Shown piece by piece: positions 46,483-54,939 of a stretch of DNA of 56,185 nt. Within the stretch, counting starts at the first letter, position 1. Every line of letters starts with the position of its first letter. The translations under genes and the position numbers were made by a program. The stretch spans positions 1 through 56,185 of the forward strand of contig JAZNGX010000104.1 in assembly GCA_045576675.1 (NCBI GenBank), read 5' to 3'. Under the pieces are notes generated by a model. It saw nothing but the letters and a program-made list of their open reading frames with translations. It did not search any database and was not told where the DNA came from. This DNA comes from Clostridia bacterium. Its GTDB lineage: Bacteria > Bacillota > Clostridia > Monoglobales > Firm-18.

Positions 46483-47367
46483 TTATCCTTTTAATGAACC
46501 AACCATTACGCCCTTAACAAAATATTTCTGTAAAAACGGATATAGTATAAGCACGGGTATACTTGCCACAACTATCATTCCATACTTCATAAGCTCTACT
46601 CGTTCCATAGATTTCTGTGCAAGCTCACTGTCCTGAATAAGCTCCAGTGTCAGCTCGCTCTGAATAAGAAACTCTCTCAATACAAGCTGAAGTGGATACT
46701 TTGTTGTATCTGATAAATAAATCATAGCACTGAAATATGCATTCCAATGACCCAAACCGTAATACAAAACCAGAACAGCCATAATGGCTTTGGTTAGTGG
46801 CAAAACCATCTTTACAAAACATCCAAAATATGTACAGCCATCAATTCGTGCGGCTTCGATAAGCTCATCCGGAATAGTTGATTGTATATTTGTTCTTGCT
46901 ATTGTTATATTCCATACAGTAACAAGTCCAGGTATAATCATAACTAATCTGTTATCCAAAAGATTAAGATTTCTTATAAGCAGATATGTTGGGATAAGTC
47001 CGCCGCCAAAAAACATTGTAATCATCAGGTATATCATAAAATATTTTTTGCCGGGTAATGTTTTTACTGAAAGAGGGAACGCAACAGCCATAGTTACTAT
47101 TATATTAAGTGCTGTACCAACAACTGTATAAAAAATCGAGTTTGCATAACCAACCCATATTCTGCCTTCGTTTAAAATTGCCTGATAGCCGTCCAACGTC
47201 ACACGTTTTGGAATAAGCCATGTTTCACCTAACGCTACTGCAACAGGGTCTGAAAACGATGCAATAAAAACAAAATATAACGGATAAAAAGCAATCAACG
47301 TCAGCAAAATCAATATGATAGATGTTATGAAATTTAATACTTTATCTTCTTTTAATTGATTATTCAT
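46483..47367 (-). CDS. Carbohydrate ABC transporter permease (LplC-like)
   Basis: MalG-type profile with EAA loop EAARIDGCTYFGCFVKMVLPLTK. Confidence 0.85.
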   Translation of the reverse strand: MNNQLKEDKVLNFITSIILILLTLIAFYPLYFVFIASFSDPVAVALGETWLIPKRVTLDGYQAILNEGRIWVGYANSIFYTVVGTALNIIVTMAVAFPLSVKTLPGKKYFMIYLMITMFFGGGLIPTYLLIRNLNLLDNRLVMIIPGLVTVWNITIARTNIQSTIPDELIEAARIDGCTYFGCFVKMVLPLTKAIMAVLVLYYGLGHWNAYFSAMIYLSDTTKYPLQLVLREFLIQSELTLELIQDSELAQKSMERVELMKYGMIVVASIPVLILYPFLQKYFVKGVMVGSLKG

Positions 47368-47384
47368 TATATCTCATCTCCAAT

Positions 47385-48350
47385 CTACCACAAGCTGACA
47401 TCGTTGATTTTTCTTGAAATACTATTAACTGTTGTCAGAAGTATAAAATTAACAACAGAATTGAAAAGTCCAACTGCCGCGGAAAAGCTGTACTCACCGC
47501 TTACGATACCTTTTTTATAAACATAAGTTGAAATAATTTCTGAAGCATCAGCATTAAGCGAATTTTGAAGCAGCAGTACCTTTTCGTATCCAACACTCAT
47601 TATTGAACCTGTGTTTAAAATTAACAGTATCACAACTGTAGGTAGAATTCCCATAAAATCAATGTACCACATTCTCTGCATCTGGTTTGCACCGTCTATT
47701 ACCGCGCTCTCGTGTATACTCTGGTCAACACCTGCAAGTGCTGCCATATAAATAATTGAATTCCAACCACAATTCTGCCAGATACCTGACCACACATAAA
47801 TATGTTTAAAATACTCAGGCTTTGCCATAAAAAATATTCTTTCATAGCCCATTCTTTCAATCAACACATTTACAATACCTGTTCTGGGTGAAAACAATAT
47901 AAGACACAAGCTGCATATTACAACTACCGACAAGAAATGCGGTGCATATGTAATCGTTTGAACAACCTTTTTAAAATACTTGTTTTGCGTATAATGCAAC
48001 GCAAAAGCAAGCAAAATCGGTATTGGAAATCCGGCAAGCAGTGAATATATACTTAAAGTTAAAGTATTTTTCAAAACATCAAAAAACACAGGTGATGAAA
48101 TAAAACGTGAAAAATGTCTTAACCCAACCCACTGACTTCCCCATATACCGTCAAGAGGAGAAAAGTTTTTAAATGCAATAAGCACTCCATACATCGGTTG
48201 ATAACAAAAAATTGCTATGTATATTAAAGCAGGAAGCATAAGTAAATACAAATGTCTGTGTTCAAATATTATTTTCAATTTTTTTCGCCGTGTTGTCACA
48301 GCATACACCTGAGATACTTCGGTTTTCAATCGTAACATCCTTTCATACAC
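47385..48350 (-). CDS. Carbohydrate ABC transporter permease (LplB-like)
   Basis: MalF-type profile with ESAVIDGANQMQRMWYIDFMGILP. The start is ambiguous: GTG 48350 (track) or ATG 48338. Confidence 0.8.
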   Translation of the reverse strand: MYERMLRLKTEVSQVYAVTTRRKKLKIIFEHRHLYLLMLPALIYIAIFCYQPMYGVLIAFKNFSPLDGIWGSQWVGLRHFSRFISSPVFFDVLKNTLTLSIYSLLAGFPIPILLAFALHYTQNKYFKKVVQTITYAPHFLSVVVICSLCLILFSPRTGIVNVLIERMGYERIFFMAKPEYFKHIYVWSGIWQNCGWNSIIYMAALAGVDQSIHESAVIDGANQMQRMWYIDFMGILPTVVILLILNTGSIMSVGYEKVLLLQNSLNADASEIISTYVYKKGIVSGEYSFSAAVGLFNSVVNFILLTTVNSISRKINDVSLW

Positions 48351-48495
48351 ATTATATACTTAAATTATACTAAAATCAAAAGGCACTGTATATATTCAAA
48401 ACAATAAATACTATATTCAATTAACAAACAAGCAAGCATAATACTTGCAGTTATCAAATCACATTCATAGGCTTTCTTAATATTCTTACACTACA

Positions 48496-48524
48496 TTGAC
48501 ATTTTTCTTAAAAGAAGCTATAAT
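48496..48524 (+). promoter_or_regulatory. Perfect consensus SigA promoter for the adenine deaminase gene
   Basis: TTGACA (48496-48501), a 17-nt spacer, then TATAAT (48519-48524). GGAG at 48539-48542. Confidence 0.7.
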
Positions 48525-48548
48525 AAACTTGCAAAAAAGGAGTGGATT

Positions 48549-50195
48549 ATTATAAAAACATTATTTAAAAACGGAACTATCGTAGATGTGTTTACAGGTG
48601 AGCTTGAAGAAAAAGACGTATTAATAAATGATGGAATAATTGCAGGCGTTGGAGCATATGACGTTGCAGACGAAGTTATTGATATCACAGGGAAAGTTAT
48701 ATGCCCCGGTTTTATCGACAGTCATATTCATATTGAAAGCACAATGCTTACCCCTCCTGAGCTTGCAAAAGCAATTCTTCCTCACGGAACAACTGCTGTC
48801 GTTGCAGACCCGCATGAAATTGCAAACGTGTGTGGCACGGACGGTATCGAATATATGCTCGCAATGAGTAATGGGTTACCACTTAATGTGTACTTTATGC
48901 TTCCGTCTTGCGTTCCATCAACACCGTTTGACGAATCAGGAGCAGTGCTTAACGCCAAAGAACTGCTTCCGTTTTATAATAACAAAAACATATTGGGTCT
49001 TGCAGAGGTAATGAATTATCCGGGTGTACTGGCTGGCGACAACAGCGTTATTGCAAAAATAAACGACTGTCTGTCACACAACAAGGTTGCGGACGGGCAC
49101 GCCCCTTTACTTTCAGGAAACAATCTTGATAAGTATATTGCTGCAGGTATTACCAGTGACCACGAGTGCTCTGATATCAACGAAGCACTTGAAAAATTAA
49201 GAAAGGGTCAGTGGATTATGATTCGTCAGGGAACAGCTGCAAAAAATCTCAAGGATCTGACGGGCTTATTTGACCCTAAATACAGTCATCGATGCTTACT
49301 TGTAAGTGATGACAGGCACCCTGCAGATTTAATAAACGAAGGGCATATAGATTATATTATAAGAGAAGCAGTTAAGCTTGGCCAGTCTGCCATAACAGCA
49401 ATTCAAATGGCAACCATTCAGCCTGCAACATATTTTGGCTTAAAGCAAACAGGTGCAATTGCTCCGGGATATAAAGCCGATTTGCTTATATTGAATGATT
49501 TAAACACCATTGATATTAACGCAGTTTATTGCAACGGTGCAAAGGTTGATGTCACAAAAATCATCACACCCGAAATTCCAGACAATCTGAAAACTGCAGT
49601 TGGCAGCACAATCAATATGCACAGCATAACGGCAGAAAGCTTTAAAATTGACAACAAAGGCAAATGCAGAGTAATCGAAATAATCCCAGGTCAGCTTTTG
49701 ACAAAGGAAGTTATTGAAGATATAAGCACTGCACAGAATATATTAAAAATCGCAGTTATCGAGCGTCATAACAAAACAGGTCATATCGGGCTTGGTTATG
49801 TAAAGGGTATAGGCCTTAAACAGGGTGCAATTGCATCAACTGTTGCTCACGATTCGCATAATATGACAGTTATCGGTACAAATGACGAGGATATGGCATT
49901 TGCCGCACAATGCTTAAAGGAATGCGGCGGAGGCCTTATTGCAGTGTGTGATGGAAAAATCATTGCTCAGCTTCCTTTAAATATAGCAGGTATAATGTCT
50001 TGTGAAAGTGCTGAAGCTGTTGCAGAGAAAAACGAGGCTTTGATTAAAGGAATCCGAAGGCTTGGAGTACCTGAAAACATTTCGCCACTTATGCTTATGG
50101 CATTCTTAAGCCTTTCTGTTATACCTGATTTAAAGCTTACAACCCACGGACTTATTGATGTAAATTCACAAAAGCTAGTTTCACTTAACGTATAA
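48549..50195 (+). CDS. ade: Adenine deaminase
   Basis: GFIDSHIHIESTMLTPPELAKAILPHGTTAVVADPHEIANV is the adenine deaminase (amidohydrolase) signature. The track starts at GTG 48588. However, the conserved N-terminal strand (IIKTLFKNGTIVDVFTGEL) continues in frame upstream, with no ATG/GTG/TTG there. The proposed start is therefore ATT 48549 or ATA 48552, 6-9 nt after GGAG. Confidence 0.85.
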   Translation: MIKTLFKNGTIVDVFTGELEEKDVLINDGIIAGVGAYDVADEVIDITGKVICPGFIDSHIHIESTMLTPPELAKAILPHGTTAVVADPHEIANVCGTDGIEYMLAMSNGLPLNVYFMLPSCVPSTPFDESGAVLNAKELLPFYNNKNILGLAEVMNYPGVLAGDNSVIAKINDCLSHNKVADGHAPLLSGNNLDKYIAAGITSDHECSDINEALEKLRKGQWIMIRQGTAAKNLKDLTGLFDPKYSHRCLLVSDDRHPADLINEGHIDYIIREAVKLGQSAITAIQMATIQPATYFGLKQTGAIAPGYKADLLILNDLNTIDINAVYCNGAKVDVTKIITPEIPDNLKTAVGSTINMHSITAESFKIDNKGKCRVIEIIPGQLLTKEVIEDISTAQNILKIAVIERHNKTGHIGLGYVKGIGLKQGAIASTVAHDSHNMTVIGTNDEDMAFAAQCLKECGGGLIAVCDGKIIAQLPLNIAGIMSCESAEAVAEKNEALIKGIRRLGVPENISPLMLMAFLSLSVIPDLKLTTHGLIDVNSQKLVSLNV

Positions 50196-50233
50196 AATAA
50201 TCCTCGGCACATCAATTGTGCCGAGGATTATTT
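50195..50233. terminator. Bidirectional terminator between the convergent ade and hydrogenase-like genes
   Basis: AAATAATCCTCGGCACA, TCAAT loop, TGTGCCGAGGATTATTT (17-bp stem), with a T-run on the plus strand and an A-run giving U's on the minus strand. Confidence 0.8.
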
Positions 50234-51492
50234 TATATTTCTGATTGCTTGATTTTTTCTTTAAGTTTAATAATACAATCTTCTTCACTTGCAAAGCCAC
50301 GTACTATATCCTCTGCCATTGCTCTGCACGATGGTGACCCACACGAGCCACAATCAAGACCTGGCAAGGTTTTATAAATCTCTTCGATTTTCATAAGCTT
50401 TTGCATAGCAACTTCCATATCATCGTCCAAACGCATAACAGAATTATACAAAACAGGTGTTTTCCATTTAACTGCTTCAGCAATTAATTCATTATACTCA
50501 ATTTTAGACGGAACAAGAGTTGTATTATCAAGCACGTGCTTAAGCTTTGCCTTTGCAACAAAGGAGTTTTCAACATTTAACGGACCTCCTATACAGCCGC
50601 CCACGCACGCCGATGCTTCAACAAAATCAACATTATCCAAAAAACCGTCATCAATTTGTTCAAATACCTTTATAACTGCATTTATACCATCCACAGATAT
50701 GTAATTCTCATTATCAAGGCCACCGCTTTCACCATTGGTTTTAGCCCACTTTATCCCCTTAAGAGAAGCAGTCGCAAGAAGCTCAGGCTCTTTGATATTT
50801 ACCATAACAGGCAGCAGTGCCTTATATATTTCTCCCATAGATATACAGCCGTCAACAAGTGAGCTTTCAACGCCAATTGGTGAATAGCTGCCCGTCACCT
50901 TTGCTGCACAGGGTGTTATAAAAAATACTCCTATATCAGCAGGGCTGAGCTTTGTTTTTTGTATTGCCTCCTCCACCGCCAGCATAGCACTCAATTCGAT
51001 TGGAGCGAGCAACGGCAAAATATGGTCAATTAGATTTGGAAACTTCACCTTTATAAGCCTTGTAACAGCAGGACAGGCAGAGCTTATAACAGGCTTTGGC
51101 ATATCATTTTCTTCGATATATTGCTTTGTTGCAGCAGTAACCAGCTCTGCTGCACGTGCAACCTCAAACACCTCATCAAAGCCAAGCACTTTAAGTCCGT
51201 TAAGTATCAGATTAATATCAGGCTTGTTTTTAAACTGAACATAAAGCGACGGAGCTGGCAATGCTATTTTATATTTATAATCATTAATTCTTTCCAACGG
51301 GTCTGTAACAGCTTTTTTTGCGTGATATGGGCATACTCTTATGCACTCCCCGCAGTCAATACATCGTTCTTTTATTATACGTGCCTTGCCATCCCTTACA
51401 CGTATAGCCTCCGTCGGACATTTTTTTATACAATTTGTGCAGCCTCTGCACAAATCTTTATCAAGTGTAACAGAATGAAAATATGTATTCAT
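50233..51492 (-). CDS. [FeFe]-hydrogenase-like (H-cluster domain) protein with N-terminal 2x[4Fe-4S] ferredoxin domain and C-terminal Fe-S motif; putative sensor
   Basis: CRGCTNCIKKCP and CIDCGECIRVCP ferredoxin motifs. H-cluster-like motifs SSACPAV, TPCAAK and EASACVGGCIGGP. C-terminal LDCGSCGSPSCRAMAE. Confidence 0.75.
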   Translation of the reverse strand: MNTYFHSVTLDKDLCRGCTNCIKKCPTEAIRVRDGKARIIKERCIDCGECIRVCPYHAKKAVTDPLERINDYKYKIALPAPSLYVQFKNKPDINLILNGLKVLGFDEVFEVARAAELVTAATKQYIEENDMPKPVISSACPAVTRLIKVKFPNLIDHILPLLAPIELSAMLAVEEAIQKTKLSPADIGVFFITPCAAKVTGSYSPIGVESSLVDGCISMGEIYKALLPVMVNIKEPELLATASLKGIKWAKTNGESGGLDNENYISVDGINAVIKVFEQIDDGFLDNVDFVEASACVGGCIGGPLNVENSFVAKAKLKHVLDNTTLVPSKIEYNELIAEAVKWKTPVLYNSVMRLDDDMEVAMQKLMKIEEIYKTLPGLDCGSCGSPSCRAMAEDIVRGFASEEDCIIKLKEKIKQSEI

Positions 51493-51510
51493 TTAGAATC
51501 ATCGCCTTTA

Positions 51511-51924
51511 CTAAGTAATATTGACAATCATTTTAACGGTTGTTCCAACTCCAACCTCAGAATCTATAATTAACTCATCTGTATATTTTTTCATATTCGG
51601 CAACCCCATACCTGCACCAAAACCAAGCTCTCTTATTTGCGAAGAAGCCGTTGAATAGCCTTCATTCATAGCAAGCTCAATATTAGGTATACCGGGGCCG
51701 TTATCAGTAAACACAATCACAATCTTTTCAGGTGTTATTTCAACATCAGCAGCCCCGCCGCTTGCGTGAATTACAGTATTAATTTCTGCTTCATACATTG
51801 CAATAGCAACACGTCTTATAATTGCAGGATTTACCGACAATTGTGCAAGAGCTTTTTTAACAGCACTTGAAGCTTCACCTGCTGCTGCAAAATCCTTGCC
51901 GTTAATATCATAATGTAGCTTCAT
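51511..51924 (-). CDS. Anti-sigma-factor-type Ser/Thr kinase (GHKL/HATPase_c fold)
   Basis: …EAEINTVIHASGG…DNGPGIPN…GFGAGMGLPNMKKY…GTTVKM. Start set at ATG 51924 behind AGGAGG. The track start 51978 overlaps the DRTGG gene. Confidence 0.75.
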   Translation of the reverse strand: MKLHYDINGKDFAAAGEASSAVKKALAQLSVNPAIIRRVAIAMYEAEINTVIHASGGAADVEITPEKIVIVFTDNGPGIPNIELAMNEGYSTASSQIRELGFGAGMGLPNMKKYTDELIIDSEVGVGTTVKMIVNIT

Positions 51925-51934
51925 ATGATACCTC

Positions 51935-52282
51935 CTAGCACACAAGACCGTTAGAATACAATTTTCCGCAGGAAACATAAAGCGGGTATTCTGTAGCCAT
52001 AAGTACTACTCCCATTTCCTTTGCAAGCTCTACAACATCCTCAGGTGGTATTTTACCACGCACAAAGCAAATAGCATTAATATCCATCATTTCAGCCGTA
52101 CGAACAACCTGAGTGTTCATAAGACCTGTAAGCAACAGACCTTTTTCCTTTACATAAGCAAGAACATCGCTCATAAGGTCGCTTCCGCAAGCAAGCTTAA
52201 TATCTATGACTTCAAGTTCGCTTTCCGACTGTCCCGTGCACACCTCGGCATTTAAAATTGATTTAATTTCGCTAAGCTTCAT
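51935..52282 (-). CDS. DRTGG domain protein
   Basis: 115 aa. CGSDLMSDVLAYVKEKGLLLTGLMNTQVVRTAEMMDINAICFVRGK is the characteristic DRTGG-type pattern. First gene of the trio. Confidence 0.7.
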   Translation of the reverse strand: MKLSEIKSILNAEVCTGQSESELEVIDIKLACGSDLMSDVLAYVKEKGLLLTGLMNTQVVRTAEMMDINAICFVRGKIPPEDVVELAKEMGVVLMATEYPLYVSCGKLYSNGLVC

Positions 52283-52435
52283 TAGTGTTAGCTCCTTTCA
52301 AATATTTTTCAAAACAGTATTCACAAATTATGTTTTTTATGATATTATCATATAGTATGTTTTTTCTATTTACTCTATTATACCACAAATACTTACAATA
52401 ACAATAGTAAATTTTAAAAAAGGACAAGATATCAG

Positions 52436-53794
52436 ATGGTTTTTTCCGGATTAACGTTTATATATTACTTTTTGCCGATAACGCTTTTGCTATATTTTGC
52501 AGTACCGGCTAAACTTAAAAACACCACTCTTGCCGCCGCAAGTCTTATTTTTTATGCTTGGGGTGAGCCTGTTTATGTTCTTATAATGCTCTTTTCAATT
52601 GCATTCAACTTCTCCTGCGGCTTATTGCTTGATAAAACAAAAAACAGAAAATGTGTTCTTATAATTTCAGTTATAATAAATCTGCTTGTATTATGCTCTT
52701 TTAAATACACTGATTTTATAATAAATAATATCAATCAGACCTTTGGTGTAAACCTACCGCTGCTTAAGCTTCCATTACCAATCGGTATATCGTTTTACAC
52801 CTTCCAGACTATGTCATATGTAATTGACGTTTACCGCCGTGAAATTCCTGCAACAAACAGCTTGATTGATTTTTCGGCGTATGTATCACTGTTTCCTCAG
52901 CTTATTGCAGGCCCTATTGTGCGTTACAGCACTGTTTTCAAGCAGCTAAAACACAGAAGCATAACAGTCAACAAAATTGCAGACGGTGGCTACAGATTTT
53001 TTTGCGGTCTTGCAAAAAAAGTTTTATTGGCAAACAACATCGGTATGCTTTGGGATACAATTACTGCTTCGCAAAGCTTACAATGGCAAAGTGCATGGCT
53101 TGGAATAATTGCTTTTACATTGCAGATTTACTATGACTTTTCAGGTTATTCTGATATGGCAATTGGTTTGGGAAAAATTTTTGGATTTGATTTTCTTGAA
53201 AACTTCGACTATCCATACACTGCTAAAAGTGTGACAGATTTCTGGAGGAGATGGCACATAAGCCTAAGCAGTTGGTTTAAAGATTACGTTTATATACCGC
53301 TTGGCGGCAACAGAGCAAAGCTTGCACGTAACTGCTTTAACATACTTGCAGTATGGGCATTAACCGGCTTATGGCACGGGTCGAATTGGAACTTTATAAT
53401 ATGGGGATTATACTACGGTGTATTACTGATTGTTGAAAAAAATCTATTAAGCAAATTGTTTGATAAAATCCCGAAAATCATATGGCGGTTTTACACTTTG
53501 CTTGCAGTAATGATTGGATGGGTGCTTTTTTCAACAGAAAGCATTACAAATGCAATCCGTTATATTGTTACTATGTTTTCATTCAATTTTACACAAGACA
53601 GTTTGTTTTTGTATAACATAACTTCATATGCTCCTGTGCTTATTGTTATGATTATCGGATGCACTCATATACCCAAAAAGCTTACAGACAAAGCTCCATT
53701 TTTAAAGCCGATTCTTGCAATTTTAGCATTATTGGTATGCACTGCATACCTTGTTGATTCAACCTACAACCCATTTTTATATTTCAGGTTTTAG
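52436..53794 (+). CDS. MBOAT-family membrane O-acyltransferase (AlgI/DltB/PatA-like)
   Basis: Polytopic membrane protein with the MBOAT signature …FWRRWHISLSSWFKDYVYIPLGGNR…LWHG (conserved His). Confidence 0.85.
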   Translation: MVFSGLTFIYYFLPITLLLYFAVPAKLKNTTLAAASLIFYAWGEPVYVLIMLFSIAFNFSCGLLLDKTKNRKCVLIISVIINLLVLCSFKYTDFIINNINQTFGVNLPLLKLPLPIGISFYTFQTMSYVIDVYRREIPATNSLIDFSAYVSLFPQLIAGPIVRYSTVFKQLKHRSITVNKIADGGYRFFCGLAKKVLLANNIGMLWDTITASQSLQWQSAWLGIIAFTLQIYYDFSGYSDMAIGLGKIFGFDFLENFDYPYTAKSVTDFWRRWHISLSSWFKDYVYIPLGGNRAKLARNCFNILAVWALTGLWHGSNWNFIIWGLYYGVLLIVEKNLLSKLFDKIPKIIWRFYTLLAVMIGWVLFSTESITNAIRYIVTMFSFNFTQDSLFLYNITSYAPVLIVMIIGCTHIPKKLTDKAPFLKPILAILALLVCTAYLVDSTYNPFLYFRF

Positions 53795-53803
53795 AGGTGA
53801 CGT

Positions 53804-54874
53804 ATGAAAAATAAATTATTTATTATTATTGCTTCACTTATTATATCTGCTGTTACAATAACAAATATTGTTTTACCTGAAAAGGATTTTTCGGAAAACG
53901 AAAACCGTTCTTTAACAAAGCTTCCATCAATCTCATTAAATGCTATGCTTGACGGAGAAACATCTGCAGAGTTTGAAAGCTATGTTGCAGACCAATTTGC
54001 ATTCCGTGACTTGTGGGTAAGTGCAAAAGCACACATAGAAAAGCTCACCGGCAAAAGAGAGAACAACGGCGTGTATTTTGCAACAGACGGATATCTGATT
54101 GAAGTGCCAGACTATGATTTGACAACCGCTAATACAAATCTAGATATAATACAACGCTTTAATAACGCTACATTATTGCTAATTCCAACAGCATACGAAA
54201 TATTAAGTGATAAGCTGCCTACATTTGCTTACAACAACATCCAGACACAAATAATAGAATTATCCAAAAACAAAGTAAACACCATTTGCCCAATCAACTC
54301 GCTAAAAAAATGCAAAGACGATTATATATATTACAAAACAGACCATCACCAAACATCATATGGCAGTTACATTACTTATAAAGACTATTGCAGACACAAA
54401 GCCATAGAACCCGTGGAATATACACCAATTGAGCTATCAAACAAGTTTTATGGTTCAACATGGTCTAAGGCGACATTACACAACATAGTTCCCGATACAA
54501 TAAGTATCGTTCAAAGTGATATAAAATGCGAAGTCACTGTAAACGACACTAAAACAACCAATTCCATCTATGATTATTCAAAGCTTGAAACAAAAGATAA
54601 ATATGCGGTGTTTTTAGGCGGCAATTATGGAAAAACAGTTATAGAAACAACAGCAAATTCAAATGACACTGTGCTTATTTTAAAAGACTCTTATGCTAAC
54701 GGTCTCATACCATTCCTTATAAACCACTACAAAAAAATAATAATGCTAGATTTAAGGTATTATAACCAAAGCATAAAACAGATTATTGAAGTAGAAAACC
54801 CGGATGAAGTATTGTTGATTTACAACGTTTCATCACTTGCAACAGACAACAATTTTAAGAAACTGTTATTTTAA
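53804..54874 (+). CDS. DHHW-family protein (AlgJ/AlgX-like partner of MBOAT); motif here is DHHQ
   Basis: N-terminal membrane anchor. YYKTDHHQTSYGSY matches the DHHW-family core with W replaced by Q. Starts 9 nt after the MBOAT gene. Confidence 0.7.
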   Translation: MKNKLFIIIASLIISAVTITNIVLPEKDFSENENRSLTKLPSISLNAMLDGETSAEFESYVADQFAFRDLWVSAKAHIEKLTGKRENNGVYFATDGYLIEVPDYDLTTANTNLDIIQRFNNATLLLIPTAYEILSDKLPTFAYNNIQTQIIELSKNKVNTICPINSLKKCKDDYIYYKTDHHQTSYGSYITYKDYCRHKAIEPVEYTPIELSNKFYGSTWSKATLHNIVPDTISIVQSDIKCEVTVNDTKTTNSIYDYSKLETKDKYAVFLGGNYGKTVIETTANSNDTVLILKDSYANGLIPFLINHYKKIIMLDLRYYNQSIKQIIEVENPDEVLLIYNVSSLATDNNFKKLLF

Positions 54875-54887
54875 TTTTAGAAAAAAC

Positions 54888-54922
54888 AACGGCAAGGAAA
54901 ACATCAAGCTTTCCTTGCCGTT
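54888..54922. terminator. Bidirectional terminator between DHHW and the convergent SLH gene
   Basis: AACGGCAAGGAAA, 9-nt loop, TTTCCTTGCCGTT (13-bp stem), with A/T runs on both sides. Confidence 0.8.
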
Positions 54923-54939
54923 AATTATTTTACGTAATA

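Noticed and set aside
48525-48548. Purine riboswitch upstream of adenine deaminase
   Set aside because: The predicted TSS (~48531) leaves a leader of fewer than 20 nt before the start region, which is far too short for a guanine/adenine aptamer.
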